Program-made: the position numbers and the translations under genes
Part shown: piece after piece, positions 52,160-64,000 of the stretch
Numbering within the stretch: the first letter of the stretch is position 1
How the letters are laid out: each line of letters opens with the position of its first letter
Origin: Octopus sinensis
Taxonomy: Eukaryota
Length of the DNA: 64,000 nucleotides
Direction: 5' to 3'
Assembly (NCBI RefSeq): GCF_006345805.1
Contig: NC_042999.1
Location: 101,246,001-101,310,000, forward strand
Notes under the pieces: model-generated
Told to the model about the DNA's origin: nothing
The model's database searches: none
Seen by the model: only the letters and a program-made list of their open reading frames with translations

Positions 52160-52510
52160 TACTAAGGTGTGACTGTGTGGTTCAGAGGCTCACTTTGCAA
52201 CCATGTGATTTCATGTTCAGCTCCACTGCACAGCCCCTTGGGCAGGTGTAGAATACCATCATGCATGTGTATATGTCATTATGCTCATGTTTGACCCCCA
52301 CCACTCCACCAATTGGCAATCAGTGCTGGTTTGTTTGCATAACTTAGCAGCTCAGCAAAAAAGACTGATAGAATGATTACCAGACTTAAAAAGAAACAAG
52401 TAAAATAAGCACTGGGATCAATTTGTCCAAATAAAAATCCTCTAAGGTGGTTCTCCAACATGGACACAATCCAATGACTGAAACAAGTATAAAGACTAAA
52501 AGAAAGAAAG
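52160..52510 (+). mobile_element. SINE family B copy
   Basis: GACTGTGTGGTTCAGAGG...CCATGTGATTTCATGTTCAG ... AATGACTGAAACAAGTATAAAGAC. Confidence 0.8.
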
Positions 52511-52701
52511 TATGAGTTGATAAAATTAAATACAAGTTGATAAAATAAGTATTGGAGGTTATATAATTGACTATTCCTTCCATCACAATTGACTAAGGCC
52601 TTTATTATGGCTACGGTCTAATGACTGAAACCAGTAAAAGAATGTAAGAATACTGAATGAAATAATAATGTAACACTGGTTTGCAGGCTTGTCTTTTAGT
52701 A

Positions 52702-53987
52702 TCAGGTCATCCCATAAGTTCTGTCCAAATTTTGAATAAAGAAAACAAGTGATCAAATGTTATATTTAATTGAAATTTAATCATCAATGTACTTTCCATG
52801 ATTATCTATGACTTCCTTCCATCTATATACAAGCTTTTTAATCCCATCAATATAAAACTCTTTTGGTTTCAAAGTGAAGAACTCTGAAATGTCAGATTCG
52901 ACCTCCTCCTGGCTTGCGAAAGTTATGTCCCCCAAATGATTCTGTAAACTACGAAACAAATGGTAGTCTGAAGGAGCAAGGTCAGGAGAATAAGTGGAAT
53001 GAGGAATTTTTTCCCAACCAAGCTCTTCGATCTTCTGTGATGTGATCTTTGCAGTGTGGTGTCACGCATTGTCCTGATGAAACATCACTCCTATTCAATT
53101 CCCTAAAGCAGGTTTTTTCTTTTCTTCAAAGCTTGCTTCAAATGCTCTAATTGCTGACAGTAGACTTTAGTATTGATTGTTGCATTAGGTGGTAACAATT
53201 CAAAGCGAATTACTCCTTTGCAATCCCACCAGATAGAGAGAACCTTTTTTGCCATGAAGATCCCTTCTCGGTTGTGGTTGAGCTTTTTCCCTTTTACCAA
53301 GCCACTGTTTAAGATTTTTAACATTTCGATAGAAGATCCACTTTTCATCACCAGCCACAAGTCTATCGAAAAAGGGTGAAATGAGTTCGAGAGATGGAGA
53401 GACGAGCAGATGTCAACTCGGGATTTGTGGTTGCTTTTGGACAATCATGAGGCACTCATTTTCCAAGTTTAGGAACCTTTCCATGTTGTTGAAGATGACG
53501 ATGAACAGTTGTATGGCTTGAACTAAGCTTTATTGCTAATTCTTCAGCTGATAATGCAGGATTTTCCTCAAGTAATGCCTCAAGGAGCTTATCATCAAAC
53601 TCAACTGAACGTCCTGTTTGATCCTCATCTTCAAGGCTGAAATCTCCACTTCGAATTTTGTAAAACCATCTTCTGCAAGTTCTTTCATTCAAGCATTCTT
53701 TCCCATAAACTGAGTGTATGTTTCGAGTCACTTCAGCTGCAGAGTTTCCTTTTTTGTACTCACAAAGCATTATGGGCTTCAAATGCTCTTTGGCTACTTC
53801 CATGTTAGAAAGGGTTTTAATCAAAGAAATTTTAATTCTATTATTCTGTAAAATAATATTTAATTAGTTTAAATGTACAAAAATGCATAAAATTAATTTT
53901 TAATTCCATTAGACATTCTAAAATACTATTAAATTTCATTCGAGTTTAAAAAAGGCAAAATCGGACAGAACTTATAGGATGACTTGA
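52702..53987 (-). mobile_element. mariner (DD34D), 1286 bp, decayed
   Basis: TA at 52700-52701 and 53988-53989. TIRs TCAGGTCATCCCATAAGTTCTGTCC / GGACAGAACTTATAGGATGACTTGA. ORFs 53456-53824, 53103-53444 and 52777-52959 are mariner transposase pieces. Confidence 0.95.
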
Positions 53988-54087
53988 TATATCAAGCTTT
54001 TGTGTTCTTTACAGATTCTAGTACATCTCAGAAATTGAAAGATCTTATGACTGATCATGTTCAATCATAAAAAAATTTTGACATTAC

Positions 54088-54124
<37 letters not shown>

Positions 54125-56754
54125 ATACACACACACATATATATAGCGTATACACAGCATCTTACAGTCATGATATCACAAACACATATGACTAGATTCT
54201 TTATTAACAACAGCTCAAATTGACATTCAATTATTTGTAAAACAATACTGATTCGATCAACAATTAAGGTGCAGTGTTGTTTTACAAATGTCTGCATGTC
54301 TAATATGAGTTGTGATTAAAGAATCTAATTTTTCAAAATATTAAGCCCATCATTAGAGATGAAAGATTTTCCATTGTTTAGATTCACACTACATTGCAAG
54401 TAGTTTGATCTTCAGTCATCATTTGTTTTATTGTTGGATGTTTACTTAGTACGTGACTGTTTTGAACAAGTCCATCTCTAAAGATGAGATTAATAATCTA
54501 AAAAAAACCTTGTATCTTATTTTATGAAGTTGGCAAAGCAGAGCCATACCTGCACATATTTTACATGTTGGAATATATGTTAATAAGAAAACAAGGTTTG
54601 TAAATCAAAAATGCAGAGCAATAAACTGAAAGAGATTTTTAGCATTGATTTCAAAGTCTTGTTTCATCAGTTTGAATTGATACCCAAGACTTCTTGCCAT
54701 TGTTATTCAGCTCCAGATCAACCCTGATTTAATGCACTTATGATCAGAAGCTTTCAAATTGTGACTATTTAGTCTATTTTTCTCTTTTTTCTTTTTCCAG
54801 AGAGTGTATTTTGGTCTACATTATTCAATATTACCTTCTCTAGGACAGTAGGATGTGATACAAGAGAGATTTCATTATTTCTAGCAGGCTGAGCTACCAG
54901 GTAGTGACTTCCTTGTTAGCTTGTCCAAAGTTTTGCTTTCTTATCAGATAGAAATTCAACACTGGGCTAACTATTTAATTATTTGCTTATATATATATAT
55001 ATATATATATATGTACATTGCACATTTGTATGGTGTTTGTGGGGTTGCTATATCATGTCATTTTCAGTCAGCATTGATTGTTATTGATTTGATAGTTCAG
55101 TAGGAAGCATAAGGATTTTTTTTTTTAGACATGGTTAAACAAAGGATTGGTGTATACATGTGCCAGTCACAAGACCAGGAAATAGTCACAGTGCAGTTGG
55201 CAGTACACAAGCAACTTGCCAAGCTAACATTCAAGAGCGTGCTAGCAGCAAGCAAAATGGGAATCAGTACAGTAGCATGCTTCTGCAGTTTCTCTACCAC
55301 CACTACCACCATATCATGGAAAGGGTGGGAACATCACTTGCTGAAAAAGGCTAATTCAGAACAGGTACAGGCTAAAAGAATCCAAATGTTTAATTGAAAT
55401 TAAGTGACATGTAGATTTCCACAGGTATAATGGGATTTCTGCCTTATGTTCAAAATGTTAAACTAAAGAAATTCAACAGAGTATAGGTAAATATTAAATC
55501 AAATTATGACTGTTAAGATAACCAGTCATTCCTGGTGCACCAACTTCAAACATACAGAACCAAACTAAAATACAAACTCCATTAGAACTAGTTAAATAAT
55601 CTTAACAAATCTACTACTGAACAACTTACAATTAATTTTAGAGTGAGATTCAAGTGAGATGTGGCTACAGTTCTTAGCAGGATGAGTTACTATGTAGAAG
55701 CTTCTTCAATGGCCTGTAGGTGAACAAAATTTGGATATAGTTTCTTAAGTGAAATCTATTCCAAGCATACAATCCCAGCTGGTTGTAAATATCACAATGA
55801 ATAAAGAAAAGAGAAAAGAAAGAAAGATCTTTTCAATCAGAGCTGACCTGGGGCTACATAACAACAAAACAGCAACATACCAAAACACTAAGTTCCTTGC
55901 CTCTCCAGTCTGATATAGGCTGAGCTCAAACTTTATGCCAGGAGTAATTGTCTCTCAAATTTAAAATGTTATTAAAATGAGCCAATGAAGGAAACTTACA
56001 TGATCACGCAACCTGCTACAAATAGCATACAGTGGATAATGAAGTCCTGGATTACATTATGTCTGAATAGGAGATAGGATGGTCATGATTGGAATGCTTT
56101 TGATTAAAGCGTAGGTCTGCTCAATCACAGCTAGCTTTAGCTAAAACATTATTAAAACTTCTGGTAAACATAGATAGAACTTAAGAGAAATTTTTCTAAC
56201 TGATCCTCCCTGCATAAAGACATGAGCAATATGATCTAAAATGAGATTATCAAAGCACAACATATTCAGTGTGCTGACCTTGTGCATTACTCCCAAACAG
56301 TGAATGGTCAACTTCTACTTTTCTCAGGCCAAAAGACTGATAGGAATGAGGTATGTTGAAATGGTTGAAATTATATCAGTCATTGAACAAATGTTGTCTT
56401 TTCCTTACTACAAAATTATTTTTAATTAGATTTTTTTTATGTCTACTGTATTAAATATGTTAACACTAACTTAACTATTGTTATCCAAGTAGATGTCATT
56501 ATCTCTAAGTATTTAACCTCAGTGCTTTATTTATTTTTCTTTTGATATGCTGATTTTTCACCCTTGCACATGTGCAATATTGTACATTTACCTAGTGATT
56601 CTCTCATTGCTGTTTCAGTGAATGTAGTGGGGTCTATCCATCAGAGGCATGACCTGGAGTTGTCCACAATACTTGTTGAAATTATTAAAATATTATCAGT
56701 CTCTGATCTCATAACTTTTCCTCACTACATAAGTATTTCTAGATTCATGATTAT

Positions 56755-57930
56755 CTTTTATTTGTTACTTGTTTCAGTCATAGCACTGCAGCCATGCTGG
56801 GTCACCATCTTCCATGGTTTAGTCAAACAAATCAACCCCAGTACTTATTTTTAAGACTGATACTTACAGGGTGTTCAGGCAAAATCTGACTATATTTTAT
56901 GTCTCCTTTTTTCAGGAATAGCTTGATGTACTGGTGAACAGTTGATGGTATTGGAGAGCATAAAAATTAAAGTTGTAGTTGAGAAAAAGTTAGCTAACAT
57001 GCAGAACTGGAAGCCATCTAAATAGTGGAAAAGAGATACCTGTATCATGATGATTGACACTGGGTGTCAAAATGCTAACATCATGACTGCTGCTCAATGT
57101 TCTGTAAACACTATAAAGGGTGTAAGACATCTGAAAACCAAGTTCCCCCAAGCTATGATGAAGGTAACATCATACCACCCCACATCTTTGAACAAGGCTT
57201 TGGCTCAATTCAGACAGCTATGTGAAGTTACTGGAGAATGTGGCTAAACCCTGACTGAAGATGATTACTACTGGAAGGCCAAATGTGTGGGAACAGGTTT
57301 TGGCTCCTATACCTCTGGAAAGAGTCAGAAGTGGTTGTCAGAGAATTTCTACGACTTCACCAGCCCCAGTTTCTGGCCTCCTATTGTAATCTCATGGATC
57401 ACTATGTGCATGGTTCAGTTGAGAAAGACACCAATCACTCTGCTTGCAATACAAGGCCAAGCTGGTAACCAAATGAAAGAAGTAATCAAAAATCTTCCCA
57501 GGGACACTGAGGAATGCATGCACTAGGTTCCAGAGCCATCTTAAGGCCATGGTGGAAGCTAAGAGTAGCTATTTGAGTAAACTGTTATCTCCCAGTCATA
57601 ATCTAATTGATATGTTTTGACTTTTTTTAAATACTTTTATTTTTGGATGGGACATTGTGTTTCCTTTTCCTTTTATGCAAACTGTCAAATTTACCCTGAA
57701 CACCCTGTATTCTACCAATCACTTTTGCCAAACCACTAAATTATAGAAATGTGAACAAACCAACAAGCGTTGTCAAACATAAAGGTGAGAACACACATAA
57801 AGACACACAGAGATACTTACAGGCTTCTTTCAGTTTCCATCAGCCTGAAGCTACAGTAGAAGGCACTTAACCATGGTGCCATATAGTGGGACTGCACCAA
57901 AAACCATATTGTTGGGAAGCAAGCTTCTTA
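56755..57930 (-). mobile_element. SINE family B copy split by the maT-like transposon
   Basis: AAGACTGATACT|TA...TA|TTCTACCAATCACTTTTGCCAAACC restores the SINE. Other partial B copies at about 24385-24570(-), 25360-25505(-), 39175-39240(-), 41460-41590(-), 44890-45033(-, inside the Helitron). Confidence 0.85.
56867..57707 (+). mobile_element. DD37D/maT-like transposon, internally deleted (841 bp), nested in a SINE
   Basis: TA at 56865-56866 and 57708-57709. TIRs CAGGGTGTTCAGGCAAAATCTGAC / GTCAAATTTACCCTGAACACCCTG. Remnants KTKFPQAMM, SQKWLSENFYDFTSPSFWPP and NLMDHYVHGSVEKDTN resemble maT KFPQTVMV and WPP.SPD.NP.DY.VWG. Spacing cannot be counted because of frameshifts. Confidence 0.8.
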
Positions 57931-60900
57931 CCCAAATCATATGACTTTGCTGAATTAAGAAAGTCATTAGTGTGTCAAAAAGAATGCTACCACCATAGAT
58001 AGTAAGGTGACAGACAATCCATTGCCCATTTTAACACTCCTACATAGTACCTCTGGTACCTTTAGTGGGGTCAACTCTACTGCAAGTATTCAGTTCAGGT
58101 TTCTAATTTGAAGATATCTTCTTTCCACCAGTCTCAGGGGCCCTGTAAAAGGGCCATGAAATACTCCCTTCCCTCCTGACTAAAAGATTAAAAAAATACT
58201 AATACTAAATTATTATTTTTCATGTGGATGGTACCTCTGAGTAATTAATGTCATTGATTTATTTATTTATTTATTTATTTATTTAGACATTTTGTACAGA
58301 GCTGATCTAGCAGAGCCGGCTGACTGGAACTCCTTAACAACCAATACATCAGCATTCATGATTTTATCTCTACTTTTTTTTTTTTTTTGATACAAAAATA
58401 GATTAGATTGATTTTATATTTTCTTTTTGTATATGCACAGAAGCTGATATCATTCTATTTTAACAGGAAACTCAATGCAAACATATTTAAGAAGCAGAAT
58501 CGAACAACGAAAACAATGGAAAGTGGAAATATGTAAAGGAAACCCCGAGTGGAATATGATAAAAATAAAAGGAAGGTGGAACATACTGAAGAAAGGATGG
58601 GGGGGGGGAGAAGGATGAGGAGTAGCAAACCTACCAACTCCTGTCTGCAAACATATTAAACATGTTCAATTAAGAAGAGGAATAAAACAAATAATGGGAA
58701 ATATATCAAAAGTTTTTGGGTTATTAAGAAACACACTAAGAAAGGATAATCATAGACATATTAAAAGATATCAGTAAAGAAGGCAATAATACATTTTGTA
58801 TACACATCAAGAAAAGCCTTCAATTATTCGTGTTATTGTCAGCCCTAATTAACCATACAAATGATCTAAAGCTTTCCAGCTACGACCACCACATCAATTT
58901 TCAGACACTGCCACTAGGTCTACATTATTCAATATGAAGTTCCCTTTTATTTTTAATGATAGGATATGATTTAAAGATTTGACTGCTTTTTCCAGCAGGT
59001 CAGGCAACTACATAGAAGTAACCTCAAAATGAAAGCTTCGTTAATTTACTCAACATCTGAAATGTGTTTTCATTGGTCTTTCTTGTTACAATGTTATGAA
59101 TGAACGATATTAACTAGATTTAAGTTAATTTTTAACTACATTTATATATTTTTTTTTATTTGAAAGAGGGATAATTGATTAACAGAAAGGTATAAACAAA
59201 ATAATAAAATAATTTTAAAAAGGCAACAATGAATTATCAAGAAAATTCATTCATTGATTAGTGGTTCTCAAAAAAAAATTACATAAAAATTAACATCAAG
59301 CTTGTGTTAGAAGGGAGGTTGAAAAGATCAATAAAAGGTGATATAATAAAGACTAAATATCAAATTACACTTTCAAATATTCCATAAATATTTCATGAAT
59401 CAACAAAATCAAGAAGGAAGAATTCTCGCACATACATTCCTCTACCAGTATCAGCCTATTTAAAGGCAAGGTTTATTCAAAAATTATTTCACAATCTTTG
59501 CATAATATCTGAATTAAAGAGTCAGTGAATGTGTGAGAGAGAGAGAGAGTGTGTGTGTGTGTGTGTGTGTGTGTGAGTGAGAGAATGATGAATTTTTGAA
59601 AGATTAAATTTAATCTCTATATCAAGTATTTATAATCCACCTAACATTGTATCTTTTTTAAACAGTTTTGTTTCAATTTTGCCTGCTTTACTAGATTTAC
59701 ATTAGTATACACACACACACACACACACACTCACACACACACACACATATATATATATATTTATTTATACACCATATTTCTGAGTAGTATTTACTTTTGT
59801 CCTTCATTTGCCATTTTAGCACTATTCACAATTTTGAAAACATGAGAATATTTTAGTAATATAATTACTTAAAATATAATGAAAACAGACACTTCAAAAT
59901 AAGAACTTTTGAGAAGAGTGTAAAGAGTCTTCCATGTTTCTCCATTCAGTCCTACATTTCATTCCACTTAGTCCATTCTCTGACTGTTTTCATGTGCTCT
60001 GTTACTACATATGCTGTTGTATAAAGGTTAAAAGCATTGAACTATTGCATTCAAAACAAAAGCTTTAGTTTTAAAAATAGCCTAGGATTAAGGCCCACTG
60101 TAGGAAAAGCACTGAATTAAAATACTTGAGATATGGAACAGTCAAAAAACGAGATTCCTGAACCTGAAACTTTGGTATCAACTCATCTTCATGTTTATCA
60201 ACAACTTGAGTCCACAATATAGAAGAAGGATGAAAAGAGAAGGAAGAGAAGAAATGAAAAAGGAGATAATGAAGACAAGCAAAAGTATAAAAGGTGATAA
60301 AACTATTATTGTCACCAAGAACAGCATCAAGGAACAAGTTAATGGGAGCAGGGTTGTTATATGCACTCATTCAACCTGCTTGAGATAGCAGTTGAAATCT
60401 CCATCATATAATATATTCTATCAACATAAAAAGAAAAAGAAGGAAAAGTAAGCTGCTCTTTTAAGATGCTATGTAGTGATTTCTGGGGGAATTAGCAACT
60501 TTTTGTAGCTACAAAGGTTCCCCTGTCAGTTCATACATGTACATTTACTTGGCTTCTGATACAAAACAAAAAGAAAAACAGTGAAATATTAACATCTCAC
60601 AAAAAAAAAAATAGCAGAAAAAAATGAAGTTAACAGTCAAGAAAAATGTTTACAAAAAAGCACTTGGATTTTTGCTATGATTAGCTAGATCACTTATGTC
60701 AGTGCACCACCGAATCCTAGTTTCTGATAAAGGTTTGAGTGTATTGTGGTAAGGTCTCTTTTGTAATTAATAACAAATTCATTTTTTCTCAATTCAATTC
60801 AGTGAAATCCAATTCAATTTCTTGTCATTATATTTGAAACAAAATTTTCTTTATAATCTTTCCCTGTTTTACTACTTGAAATTCATTACATTAATGTTTA

Positions 60901-63464
60901 CAGTTTTGAATATTTTTGACAAGCACGCTTTCATGACTTGGAGTCTGGTAAATATGGTGTCATTCAGCAACATCTAATTTTAAATTATAATCCATCCTTA
61001 ATGCACAGTCTTAATACATTCAACATTTGGCTGATAGAGAAATACAGTGTGGCATGTTAACTTTATTCTGTGTTTCAAAAAGGAGAGGTGAAAAGAAAAT
61101 ATGAAAGACAGAAAAAAATGTTTAAACGTGTGTTTGTGTTACTATGTGTATGAGGGCATGAGAAAAGAGAAATGAGCAAGGAAAAAGGGAGAAAAAATAA
61201 AAATAAAAAAAAGGAATAATAACAAATAAGAAAACTGCTGCAGTATCTGTTGAAGTATTTTGGAAAAGAATCATGGAAGTTATTTAGAAGTTATTATTAT
61301 GCATACCTTATTCTCTGCTGCAAATACAATTGCTAATGTTCACTCAAAGTCAGCCTTGTTTTGATATTTTTAAGAATAACAGTTTGATAAGATTTTACAA
61401 CCAGATCTTATATCTTGTTAATTTCTGTATATGTGAGACACTGATATGTGTTAGATTCTTGCCAAATAAAGTGGATTAATGTTTTTGCCTTTGTTGCCCA
61501 CAGAAAATACGGAATTAAGGTAATAGAACTGGATATTTTAGACCTAAACCCATGCAGTATGTCTTTATTTACACATGTCCACACAAGCATGTGCACATGC
61601 AACTGTGTGCACACACACACATCAAATGGAGATGCCAACACAATATTTGAAATTAAATTTGTAAACAGTTGTTATAACAATATGATTAAACATATTTATC
61701 ATCCCTGGGAAAGTGTGTGCATGCATGTGCGCGTGCACACATGTACACAAACACATAAATGCAGATGAATGAAATATTTGTTATTCAAACCAAAAAACTT
61801 CACAAAATGTTTCCCTATTTTCATGTTTCTGGTCTTGAAACAAAAATTGAGTAAATCAGACAGACTCTGAAAACTGATCTGCCCAAAATTCACAACAATA
61901 AGTTTTCTGTGGTGTTTTGTACAACTCTTTTAAAGTTAAGGAGCTTACACTATACCACAATAATTCAAGGCTGTCACATGATAACAAACTAAGTTCATTA
62001 TATAAGTTTTAATATCATAAATTTCACTTTGCAGTTGGAAGAAATATAAGGAATTAATAGCTTGTGCATGTAACATTTCTGGGCAGAATTCTTTAGTTTA
62101 GACTGCCTTAATTCAACTAACTGTTAATATTATTTGTAAAAAGAAAGTGTTCCATTAAGGTGAAATTCATCCTTCATCTTTTCATTTATGCCATGGAATC
62201 AAAATTACACATCAACTTTATAAGCAGTTGTGAAGCTTAGAATGCAATTACATTCACAATTTAAAATTATTACATTCCAGCTGCTTTTAGTAACAACAAT
62301 AGTCACAGCTATTCCAATAATCTTTCACCTATTGTCATAAAAGCAATGCTTATTTACAGGCTTTGGTCAAGTCAATTACCATTAAAGACTGAAGAATGAA
62401 TCAGTTTGAAAAGATGTTAACTGCACTATTCTCTATCCATGCTTCTTAGGTTGACACAGTTGACAGTACTTGTTGAGACTTGTAATGTCACCTTATTAAA
62501 ATCTAAATATATGAGATGAGTTATTAATATGCTTATAATTTTTCAGACAATTGATCTCATCTATAGATATGAGATATTATATATTAGCTTGGATCTCTAA
62601 TCATCAGTATATCTTATTCATAGATATTTACACAGAACCACACTGGATCAAACTAGGAGTCTTTATCTGTAAATGAATGGTAAGTATTATGTATATATCC
62701 AGGAATAAGACACTTGATGATGGCTTTAGAGCAAAGCAATCAAAATATATAGGTTAGCTGTAAAAATTAATTTCTAACACAGTCACAAGGCTGAACAAAA
62801 TTTATAGTTGATTAAGATTCTTTTATCAGTAACTGATGGATGAAAGGCAAATCTGATTTCAGCAGAATCTGAACTCAAAAAAGGTTATAATTAAATACTT
62901 TAAAGACGAACTTAATATTCCAAAAAAGGATAAATGTTAAAATAAAATGTTTCCATTTAACAAAGACCAACTAAATTTAAGGAATACATGGAGAGAAAAT
63001 AATAAATGTTATTGCTATGAATGTGACACGGGTGAATCAAGAGTTTTAACTTGGGATTGAAACTGGATTACCATTTCAATTCACCAAGAGCATATCACTA
63101 CATCACAGTACTTGTCACAAAACAGGATAAGCTATGTATGAATATAAAATTAATGAGAACTACATCTCTAAGTAAATTACCCAAGTTTAAAAAAGCATAA
63201 AATCAAGTTTACATTTATTTGAGTGGTGTTATGTGATAATTACTAATCAGCTCAACTCTACTTAAGGCACACTTTTTGCTTTGAATAATAATTTTTATTT
63301 ACATAGATGACCAAGATTTGGAGAGAAAGAAAAACTAAATTTTCTCGTTATCCATATATTTGTTTAAAAAAAAAACTAACAATTTAAGTAAAACTGTTAA
63401 CATCTTATTTCCCCATAATGCTATAAATACAACTAATGAAATATTGATGATTTAAGTCTTACAA

Positions 63465-63820
63465 TACAAAACGTTTTGAAACATCATCAGAATGCTGAAT
63501 GCTTAATGTTTGTATGCTCAAACAAACTGAGAAAAAAGATAGGATATAAGAAGAATTTGATGCAATAAGCAAGTGAGGAAAATGTACTGCTACAAAGATG
63601 TGATGCACGTGCCAAGTTATCCAATTAAAAGGATTATGCAAAAGAGGAAAGGCAAGGAAGATATGTAAAGTGGTGAAAACTGATCTCAAGAGGATGAACT
63701 TCATGTAGCAGATGACAAAGGCATGCAAAGAATGGTGAGATGTTATACTAGATAAAATCCATCCAGTCCAAGTACAGAAAGCCAATGGAAAAATGATGAT
63801 GATGATGATGATGATGATGG
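63465..63820 (+). mobile_element. Decayed RTE-type LINE 3' end with (GAT)n tail
   Basis: Degenerate LREK.DIR.I...Q.R...Y.HV and GRGR.R....VVK.DL..M motifs, followed by (GAT)n. Confidence 0.7.
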
Positions 63821-64000
63821 GGAGGAGGAAGAAGAGGAGGAGAGGGGTGGCAGCAGCAAGAGGGATGAGAAGGGGGAGGGGAGAGAGTGTAAGGAGCAGG
63901 AGAGGGGATAGGGGAGGGAGGGGAATAGGGAGGAGTGACAAGATGAGGGGAAGAGGAGGAGGGGAAGGGAACAGGAGGAGTGAAAGGATGAGGAGGAAGG
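63820..64000 (+). repeat. Polypurine G/A-rich low-complexity tract with a G-quadruplex motif
   Basis: GGGG-ATA-GGGG-A-GGG-A-GGGG-AATA-GGG at 63904-63930. Confidence 0.85.

Noticed and set aside
62389-62425. CTGAAGA...GAAA...TTA hammerhead-like spacing (similar case on - near 24150-24190)
   Set aside because: No stem II or stem I pairing; chance boxes.
63459-63941. 160-aa hydrophobic minus-strand ORF
   Set aside because: Antisense of the purine tract, (GAT)n tail and LINE end.

Overview
AT-rich, microsatellite-dense eukaryotic DNA with no recognisable host protein-coding gene. The SINE/LINE families look like those of octopus (coleoid cephalopod); this is an inference from recalled repeat sequences, not a search. 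Almost every ORF in the track is microsatellite translation, an antisense shadow or a transposon remnant. Recognisable content: six decayed IS630-Tc1-mariner elements (one DD36E/Incomer-type, one DD37E/TRT-like, three DD34D mariners, one DD37D/maT-like) and two MITEs; a 3.1-kb internally deleted Helitron with both termini and a Pif1 helicase remnant, plus a 385-bp non-autonomous Helitron; several RTE-type LINE 3' fragments with (ATG)n tails; and dozens of SINE copies from at least three families, with many nested insertions. The most interesting signal is structured RNA. Two type I hammerhead ribozyme folds can be built by hand with intact catalytic cores (21082-21160 on -, 25178-25257 on +), and a degenerate inverted pair lies at 39492-39642. 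Each sits in a different short non-coding repeat, suggesting Penelope/retrozyme-like self-cleaving repeat families. Other oddities: a 290-bp foldback palindrome, a perfect 42-bp loopless palindrome, a LINE-tail element with tails at both ends, head-to-head mariners in one (TA)n tract, and two recursive-splice-like AG|GT sites on the - strand. SINE and degraded-LINE boundaries are approximate (+/-10-20 bp). All alignments and folds were done by eye.
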